From an uncultured Gammaproteobacteria bacterium (GTDB taxonomy: Bacteria; Patescibacteriota; Microgenomatia; Levybacterales; UBA12049): a stretch of 64,000 nucleotides of DNA. The stretch is taken from contig CAYOZJ010000003.1 of the NCBI GenBank assembly GCA_964408485.1, forward strand, positions 65,290 through 129,289. The letters run 5' to 3'. Made by a program: the position numbers and the translations under genes. Positions within the stretch are counted from its first letter, which is position 1; every line of letters starts with the position of its first letter. A model generated the notes under the pieces. The model was not told the origin of the DNA, did no database searches, and saw only the letters and a list, made by a program, of their open reading frames with translations. Below are positions 56,575 to 64,000 of this stretch, piece by piece.

Positions 56575-56937
56575 TCAGAAGGTATCAAAACGTCGTCTAC
56601 GAGGACGAAGAGTTCGCTCAGGTTGTTTTTGGCCTCTGTCATAATGTTGTCTCAGTGTTTTAGAATCATTTGAATTGCCTATCATTTCTCCAACATGATG
56701 TTGAGTTAATTCGTCTGCACCCCTAAGGACAACAGAATCAAGTAAGGGAAATGGTCTTGACAAGACAGACTCTTTTGTTGCTTCATCGGGTCGTTGTATG
56801 TTCTCTGCAATAGAAGCACCTGGCATGCCTCGGGGTGAGGGTTCTAGGATGAGCGCGGTTTCATCTGGGGAAAAATCGTCAAGTGTTTTTCTCTGAACCA
56901 CTTTCCCAGCGCGCAATGTTACTTCTTCTTCAACCAT
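56575..56937 (-). CDS. hypothetical protein upstream of and co-oriented with lexA
   Basis: 120-aa ORF; TATAAT 7 nt upstream of its ATG (minus-strand -10 at 56945-56950); basic C-terminus RPRRRRFDTF. Confidence 0.35.
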   Translation of the reverse strand: MVEEEVTLRAGKVVQRKTLDDFSPDETALILEPSPRGMPGASIAENIQRPDEATKESVLSRPFPLLDSVVLRGADELTQHHVGEMIGNSNDSKTLRQHYDRGQKQPERTLRPRRRRFDTF

Positions 56938-57337
56938 GGGATCAATTATATCCCATAGAAATGTATTTTAAAATATGGTAAAATTTTCCTATGGCAGGAA
57001 GAGCAGATAGATCCCAGTGGTGCGGCAATGCAGTATGCCCATTTCCCGATAGAGGACCATGTGCACTTCGTAATGTAATGCAGCACCCAACACAAGGAGG
57101 ACCGGATGAAAGGCAAAGTTTGAGGCGTATGTTGGGTCCTAAATGTAAAATAATTGATGAGGTGGACAGAGATTTTCCACAGTTTAAACCAACTCAATAA
57201 TTGGACTCTTTTCATATATTTTTTATTACAGTGCAAGCACTTCCTGAATAGTATCTGCGGAGCAGATTCAAAAAGTAAAAGTCTGCCCTGGCGCTTTGCG
57301 ATTGGCAAAGCCAGACTTATTTTAGTATCATTGTTAC

Positions 57338-58039
57338 ATGTTAAAAGACAGACCAGTAACAACACTTTTTCTTCTCCAATCTGTTGATGGGAAGATATCT
57401 ACAGGAGATGTAGACGAGCGTGATGTAGATAAAGACTTCTCCAAAATCCCTGTTGTGAAAGATGGATTGTATCAATACTACGAGATAGAGAGTCATACAG
57501 ACAGGGTTTCGCTTAACACAGGGCGAGTTATGGCAAAAGTAGGGGTGAATACCCGAATAACAGAACCTAAGAAAATGAGTGTGGATTTTGTGATAATCGA
57601 TAGTAAGCCACATCTCACAGAAAAAGGTGTTGAATATCTGGCAAAGTGGGTAAAGACATTGTATTTAGTGACGACGAATAAAAATCATCCAGCATTTACC
57701 GTTCAAAATAAGTACAAAAACCTTACTTCTATCCTTTTTGATAAAGAGATTAACCTGTTTAGTTTACTTGTTGAGTTAAAACAAAAGCACGGTGTAAAAC
57801 GCATTACTATCCAATCTGGTGGAACACTTAATGCCTCTTGGATACGAGAAGGTCTTATTGATAGAGTAAAAATTGTTGTTGCGCCGTGTCTAATTGGAGG
57901 AGGTAATACCCAAAGTCTTATTGGTGGAGAATCGCTCAGGACAGAGGAGGATTTGAAAAAGATAAAATCACTTGAGCTGCTCACTATTAGAAAATTAAAA
58001 CATTCATACCTTGAGGTAATCTATAAGATAGTAAATTAG
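57338..58039 (+). CDS. dihydrofolate reductase-family protein (RibD C-terminal reductase domain)
   Basis: LFLLQSVDGKIS...ITIQSGGTLNASWIREGLIDRVKIVVAPCLIGGG matches the RibD_C pattern. Confidence 0.65.
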   Translation: MLKDRPVTTLFLLQSVDGKISTGDVDERDVDKDFSKIPVVKDGLYQYYEIESHTDRVSLNTGRVMAKVGVNTRITEPKKMSVDFVIIDSKPHLTEKGVEYLAKWVKTLYLVTTNKNHPAFTVQNKYKNLTSILFDKEINLFSLLVELKQKHGVKRITIQSGGTLNASWIREGLIDRVKIVVAPCLIGGGNTQSLIGGESLRTEEDLKKIKSLELLTIRKLKHSYLEVIYKIVN

Positions 58040-58113
58040 ATTGTTCTTTTGCTATCCCCAATATCATAATATACTCTTTGACAATTAGGCTTGTAGTATG
58101 ATACTATTCTCAA

Positions 58114-58536
58114 ATGCCTCATTTTGATGGACCATGTAATTGTGTTGCAGAGAAAGTAAATTCACAGGGTGGTCCTCGTGTCCGAATACGATGTGCAAAG
58201 GGATTGAGTGTTAGTGAGGATGTACTCCCTTTTCTGGCTATCCTTAGTGATGAACCTGATATAAAGCCAGAAGAGCTTGCTCAAAGAACAGGTTTTTCTA
58301 CACTGAAGATAAGTTCTTTGCTTTCTGCTGCCAAAAAGGCAAGTAGTGTGCCCCCAGGAGACAGAAAAGGATATGATCCTACTCAAAGCTTTGGAAAAGC
58401 AAGTATTTCTCTTGCAAGAAGATTAGAGCGATGTGGAATAGTGGAGAATGGACAAATTGCGCAACCTGTAAGAACAGCGATTGAATCTGCACGAAATGGG
58501 CCTAATAAAACACCTCAAGGGGAAAGAAGAAAATAA
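58114..58536 (+). CDS. hypothetical protein (possible HTH)
   Basis: 140-aa ORF; EELAQRTGFSTLKISSLLSAAKK is helix-turn-helix-like; no other motif. Confidence 0.3.
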   Translation: MPHFDGPCNCVAEKVNSQGGPRVRIRCAKGLSVSEDVLPFLAILSDEPDIKPEELAQRTGFSTLKISSLLSAAKKASSVPPGDRKGYDPTQSFGKASISLARRLERCGIVENGQIAQPVRTAIESARNGPNKTPQGERRK

Positions 58537-58538
58537 TC

Positions 58539-58949
58539 CTAGATTGTCCCTTTTTGTCTTTTGGCAACTTTTAATTCAAGAATAGCTCTTCTAAATTCTG
58601 CTTCAGCTGTAGCAAAATCAACATCAGACTTTTTCTCCTTCATTGCTTTTTCTGCCCTATCTTTTGCCTGTTGAGCTTGTGCTTCGGAAATATCTTTTCC
58701 ATGGACTGCATAATCTGCCAAAATAGAGACAATATTATTTCCTACCTCCATAAAACCACCCACAACAACCAAATGCTCGGTTTTATTTCCTTTTTTAATA
58801 ATTAATTCTCCTGGAGTGAGTTGTACTAAAAGCGCTGCGTGTTGGGGAAGAATAGACAATTCTCCAGAGGTTGTGGGAGCTGTTATTTCGTCTACCTCCT
58901 CGGATAATAATTCTTTTTCAGGGGTAACAACAGTAAGGTGTAATGGCAT
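58539..58949 (-). CDS. atpC: F1 ATP synthase epsilon subunit
   Basis: LTVVTPEKELLSEEVDEITAPTTSGELSILPQHAALL is the canonical epsilon N-terminal beta-sandwich. Confidence 0.85.
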   Translation of the reverse strand: MPLHLTVVTPEKELLSEEVDEITAPTTSGELSILPQHAALLVQLTPGELIIKKGNKTEHLVVVGGFMEVGNNIVSILADYAVHGKDISEAQAQQAKDRAEKAMKEKKSDVDFATAEAEFRRAILELKVAKRQKGTI

Positions 58950-59029
58950 AAATATGTATTATGTATTAAGTAGTATGTATTATGTAGGAAATCGAGATGT
59001 TTAGAAATATACGTAATACTTACTACATG

Positions 59030-60469
<1,440 letters not shown>

Positions 60470-60571
60470 TCATTTGTTGCCAACCATGAATTAAGAAGTA
60501 AGAATAATGAATTATGGTTTCAAGGTACTTTATTTATAGTTTCCTTGATTCTTAACTCCTGATTCTTGATT

Positions 60572-61429
60572 CTACCCGTTACTCAGCGCTACTGCTGCCG
60601 ATGAGATATCAAGAATTTCGTTTGTAATTTTTTCCTGACGTACCTTATTGTATAACAAAGTCAGATCAGCCACAATATCCTTTGCATTATTTGTCGCATT
60701 TTGCATAGCAATCATTTGCGCTGCTTGGAATGATGCATAATTTTCTAAAAGCTGCTGAAAAATAGTCATGTCAACGTAGCGCTTGAGTACTGCGGGTAGC
60801 AATTCATCTGTTGATGGCTCAATAAGTCTGTCTCCTGAGATTTGCTTACTCTCTTCAGGTAAAATAATAGGGAGAAGTTGCGTAACGTGTGGGGTTTGGG
60901 AAAAAACACTGGCAAATTGTGTTGAAATAAGAAAAACCTTATCTACTTTACCTGCAACAAAATATTCATCAATAATTCCAGAGATAGGTGCAATCATCTC
61001 GTAATTGGGAAGGGTAGTTCCGGCATGAAAACTTGCAATAAGGTTTTTTGTTGTGGATCCTGCAATAGTCTCTATCTTTTTGCCTATCGCAACAAAATAA
61101 TTCTTATCGTCCTTATTAAATTTTAAATACTCACGGAAAATATTGGTATTTAGTCCTCCACAAAGACCTTTATCTGGTGAAATAACAATATATAAATTCT
61201 TTCCAGAGATTTGCTTTGTCCTAAGAAGTGGATGCATATCATCACTTTCTTCCTTAGGCGTTAGATTTTGAGAAAGTGTTGTTAACTTTTCAACGTATGG
61301 ACGGGAAGATAATGCTGCATGTTGGGCCCGTTTTAGCTTACTTGCTGCAATCATCTGCATGGCACGAGTTGTTTTGGAAATATTTTGCGCTGTCTTGATG
61401 CGTCGTCGTAAAGCTAGTGTACTTGGCAT
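60572..61429 (-). CDS. atpG: F1 ATP synthase gamma subunit
   Basis: LRRRIKTAQNISKTTRAMQMIAASKLKRAQ N-terminus and C-terminal helix. Confidence 0.9.
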   Translation of the reverse strand: MPSTLALRRRIKTAQNISKTTRAMQMIAASKLKRAQHAALSSRPYVEKLTTLSQNLTPKEESDDMHPLLRTKQISGKNLYIVISPDKGLCGGLNTNIFREYLKFNKDDKNYFVAIGKKIETIAGSTTKNLIASFHAGTTLPNYEMIAPISGIIDEYFVAGKVDKVFLISTQFASVFSQTPHVTQLLPIILPEESKQISGDRLIEPSTDELLPAVLKRYVDMTIFQQLLENYASFQAAQMIAMQNATNNAKDIVADLTLLYNKVRQEKITNEILDISSAAVALSNG

Positions 61430-61444
61430 AGTGTTAATAAAAAT

Positions 61445-61528
61445 GTCATTGTGAAGAGCTTGCGACGTGGCAATCTTACTTATATGAGATCCTCACGTCG
61501 GTCGCCTAGGCGACCTCCTCAGGATGAC
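61445..61528. repeat. MITE-like repeat copy R9, in the atpA-atpG intergenic region
   Basis: gtcattgtgaagagcttgcgacgtgg...cctcacgtcggtcgcctaggcgacctcctcaggatgac has GTCATT/AGGATGAC termini and an internal ggtcgcctaggcgacc palindrome. Confidence 0.6.
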
Positions 61529-61540
61529 AGACCATATTCA

Positions 61541-63061
61541 TCAATTAGAAAAAACTTTCTTAAAAGCAGCAGTTACTTTTTTTAAGTCTTCAGTTAGCTC
61601 GTCTGTCACTTTTTTACCAGATGAAAGGCGTTCTATGAGTTTTTTATCGTGGGTTTTTACGTATGCATGATATTCTTTTTCAAATTGTAAGATATTTTCT
61701 ACTTTTACATCGTCTGTAAATCCATTAGTAACAACCCAAATAGACAGTACCTCCTGTGCTTCTGTAAGAGGCTGATATTGTGACTGCTTGAGCATTTCTG
61801 TTAGCCTTTTCCCTCTTTCAAGCTGCTGCAGTGTTGCTGCGTCTAATTCTGAGCCAAATTGGGCAAAAACAGCTAATTCTCGATATTGTGCAAGTTCTAG
61901 CTTAATTCGACCAGACACAGATTTCATTGCTCCAGTTTGTGCAGCGCCGCCTACTCTGGATACTGAATTTCCAACATCAACTGCTGGTCTAATGCCAGAG
62001 TTGAAAAGATCAGACACTAAGAAAATTTGACCATCGGTAATAGAAATAACATTTGTTGGAATGTATGCGGAAATGTCATTTGCCTGGGTTTCAATAACAG
62101 GGAGAGCGGTAATAGAACCGCCACCAAGCTTATCAGAAAGTCTTACTGCTCGTTCCAAAAGTCGTGAATGAAGATAGAAAACATCTCCCGGGTATGCTTC
62201 TCGTCCTGCAGGGCGTTTTAAAACAAGGGACAAATTTCTCCATGCCCATGCATGTTTGGTGAGATCGTCATAGACAATAAGGACATCTTCACCCTTTTCC
62301 ATAAAGTATTCAGCAATAGCAACACCCGCATATGGAGCCAAGTATTGAAGGGATGCAGGATCTGCTGCTCCTGCATTAACAATAATTGTGTAATCAAGAG
62401 CTCCTGTTTCTTTAAGTTTTTCAACAACTTGTGCAACGGTTGATTGTTTTTGTCCAATTGCAACATAGACACAGAGTACTCTTTTGCCGCCTTCTTTTTC
62501 TGCATTTTTTTGATTAATGATCGTATCAATTGCAACGGCAGTTTTTCCAAGACCGCGGTCTCCAATAATAAGCTCTCTTTGGCCTCGTCCAACTGGAATA
62601 AGTGAGTCAATTGCTTTAATACCGGTCTTTAAAGGCTTATCAACAGGTTGTCTATCAATAACACCGGCAGCAATTCTTTCAAGTGCCATATCTTTCCCTT
62701 TTTTAACCTCTCCCTTACCATCGAGTGCTTTTCCAACTGGGTTAATAACACGGCCTAGTAAGTCTTCGTGCGCTTTAATAGTAAGAAGTTGACCTGTTGT
62801 TTTGACTTGATGTCCTTCGGTCAAGTTGTCTGATCTGTCCAAAAGGACAATAGAAACACTGTCTTCGTCTAAGTTAAGAATAAGTCCAGGAGTACCATCT
62901 TGAAAAACAACTTGTTCTCCCATTTGTGCTTTGGAAAGACCGGATGCAACGACGACATTATCGCCAATGGATTCAACAATGCCAACATTTTGTGCTTTAC
63001 CACTTGTTTGGAAAGAGTCCAGTTTATTTTCTAAGTTTTTTAAAATATCTTCACTTTTCAT
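61541..63061 (-). CDS. atpA: F1 ATP synthase alpha subunit
   Basis: Walker A GDRGLGKTA, length 506 aa. Confidence 0.95.
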   Translation of the reverse strand: MKSEDILKNLENKLDSFQTSGKAQNVGIVESIGDNVVVASGLSKAQMGEQVVFQDGTPGLILNLDEDSVSIVLLDRSDNLTEGHQVKTTGQLLTIKAHEDLLGRVINPVGKALDGKGEVKKGKDMALERIAAGVIDRQPVDKPLKTGIKAIDSLIPVGRGQRELIIGDRGLGKTAVAIDTIINQKNAEKEGGKRVLCVYVAIGQKQSTVAQVVEKLKETGALDYTIIVNAGAADPASLQYLAPYAGVAIAEYFMEKGEDVLIVYDDLTKHAWAWRNLSLVLKRPAGREAYPGDVFYLHSRLLERAVRLSDKLGGGSITALPVIETQANDISAYIPTNVISITDGQIFLVSDLFNSGIRPAVDVGNSVSRVGGAAQTGAMKSVSGRIKLELAQYRELAVFAQFGSELDAATLQQLERGKRLTEMLKQSQYQPLTEAQEVLSIWVVTNGFTDDVKVENILQFEKEYHAYVKTHDKKLIERLSSGKKVTDELTEDLKKVTAAFKKVFSN

Positions 63062-63390
63062 AGGCTTTGAATAAATTCATCCAAACTATTTTTAAGACTT
63101 ATGTCATATATCATGTCATTATCAATAATTTTTGCTCCCAGAAGAAGAGATGTATCTTCAACAACGACAACACTTTTTTTTGTTTTGCCTAACAATGCTT
63201 TATTATAAAGCCTACCATCTGGTAACACAAGAGAAATCGTGCGGGATTTCTCGGCAAGCTTAAGACCTCGTACATACAACTTCAAATCTGCACGTGATAG
63301 AAGAGTTGCAATTTTACTTACCCGTTTATCATCGAGTTTGTCTTTTGTGTAGCTTACCTGTACCAACTGACTAATTTGTTTTTTGTTCAT
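63058..63390 (-). CDS. atpH: F1 ATP synthase delta (OSCP) subunit, short form
   Basis: Position between atpF and atpA; 110 aa with a C-terminal LLLGAKIIDNDMIYDISL pattern; shorter than the canonical ~180 aa. Confidence 0.55.
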   Translation of the reverse strand: MNKKQISQLVQVSYTKDKLDDKRVSKIATLLSRADLKLYVRGLKLAEKSRTISLVLPDGRLYNKALLGKTKKSVVVVEDTSLLLGAKIIDNDMIYDISLKNSLDEFIQSL

Positions 63391-63399
63391 ACTTAAAGT

Positions 63400-63468
63400 G
63401 TCATTCTGGCTTGTCCAGAATCTAGATCCTGGATGCCTCCACGCTTCGCTCTGAGTTACCAGGATGAC
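63400..63468. repeat. MITE-like repeat copy R8, in the atpF-atpH intergenic region
   Basis: gtcattctggcttgtccagaatctagatcctggatgcctccacgcttcgctctgagttaccaggatgac is near-identical to R7, with an extra cacgcttcgctctgag segment. Confidence 0.7.
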
Positions 63469-63475
63469 GAAAAAA

Positions 63476-63973
63476 TTATGCTTTTAGTTTTTTCGTCACT
63501 TTACCTACAATTTCTTTCTCTGCCTTTTTATCTACCATACCTGAAAGTGATTTTTTCAAAAGCTCCACAGCAAGAAGGGCTGTATGCTTGGAAAGCTGGT
63601 GTTGTGCTTCTACTGTTTGCTCTTCTATTTCTTTTTTTGCATCCTCAAGCATCTTTGCAACTCTATCTTTTGTTTGCTCTTCCGCTGTTGTCAAAATCTC
63701 TTGGGCTTGTTTTTGTGAGTCAGCGAGGACTTCTTGGGAAGCGACTTGAGCCTTTTTAAGGATTTCTTTTTCTTTTTCTTCGGCCTTCGCAAGTGCTTCC
63801 TCTGCCTTTTGTGAATTTGTTACTGTTTCAACGACCATTTTGCGACGCTTTTCAAGCATTGCCAAGATTGGTTTGTACGCAAAACGCTTTAGCAGCCAAA
63901 AGATAATCAAAAAATTAACTATTTGCGCTGCAAGAAGTATCCAATTTACTCCAAAACTATGTAAAATTTCCAT
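63476..63973 (-). CDS. atpF: Fo ATP synthase b subunit
   Basis: N-terminal TM helix NWILLAAQIVNFLIIFWLL followed by a long charged coiled coil (AEEA..KAEE..). Confidence 0.75.
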   Translation of the reverse strand: MEILHSFGVNWILLAAQIVNFLIIFWLLKRFAYKPILAMLEKRRKMVVETVTNSQKAEEALAKAEEKEKEILKKAQVASQEVLADSQKQAQEILTTAEEQTKDRVAKMLEDAKKEIEEQTVEAQHQLSKHTALLAVELLKKSLSGMVDKKAEKEIVGKVTKKLKA

Positions 63974-64000
63974 ATCTTAAATATAAGAATAACAAGTCCT

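Noticed and set aside
56946-57365. 139-aa Cys-rich minus-strand ORF as a real gene
   Set aside because: It overlaps the start of the RibD_C gene, has an implausible composition, and lies in a region that looks like structured non-coding DNA. It is reported instead as a possible ncRNA region.

Overview
This 64 kb window looks like a chromosomal segment from a small-genome, low-GC bacterium. Gene content and the many short proteins are most consistent with a Candidate Phyla Radiation (Patescibacteria) lineage; that placement is my inference, not a database result. Recognisable content, in order: a division-cluster fragment (ftsQ-like, ftsA, then an antisense 675-aa internally duplicated orphan, then ftsZ); housekeeping genes (SAM methyltransferase, YdjM-like hydrolase, L,D-transpeptidase, PQQ-type sugar dehydrogenase, SemiSWEET-like transporter, RluB-like pseudouridine synthase, Cas4-like PD-(D/E)XK nuclease plus HNH nuclease, prs, ileS, SEDS RodA/FtsW, rplU, rpmA, parB, lepB); tRNA-Val(CAC), followed by a 20-bp direct repeat of the tRNA 3' end and a second Val-like tRNA copy; a ~23 kb very AT-rich cell-surface glycosylation cluster (five GT2, two GT4, two tandem YfhO, several GT-C/ArnT-PMT-like membrane proteins, acyltransferase-3, Rml-like sugar-nucleotide enzymes, O-antigen-ligase-like, methyltransferases); tRNA-Thr(CGT); an IS200/IS605-like Y1 transposase flanked by 34-bp hairpin-containing direct repeats; an 844-aa orphan protein; dus, nudix and lexA, with a perfect 16-bp palindrome at the lexA promoter; a RibD_C reductase; and an F1Fo ATP synthase operon (atpF-H-A-G-D-C). 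The most striking sequence-level signal is a family of MITE-like palindromic repeats with GTCATTC...GAATGAC termini, with at least seven copies. Two of them sit in-frame inside conserved enzyme genes (the rluB-like gene and dus), and two sit inside the ATP synthase operon. This resembles Rickettsia palindromic elements. A recurring leaderless promoter layout, with a TATAAT-like box 6-7 nt before the start codon, occurs at eight or more genes. No CRISPR array and no rRNA gene were found.
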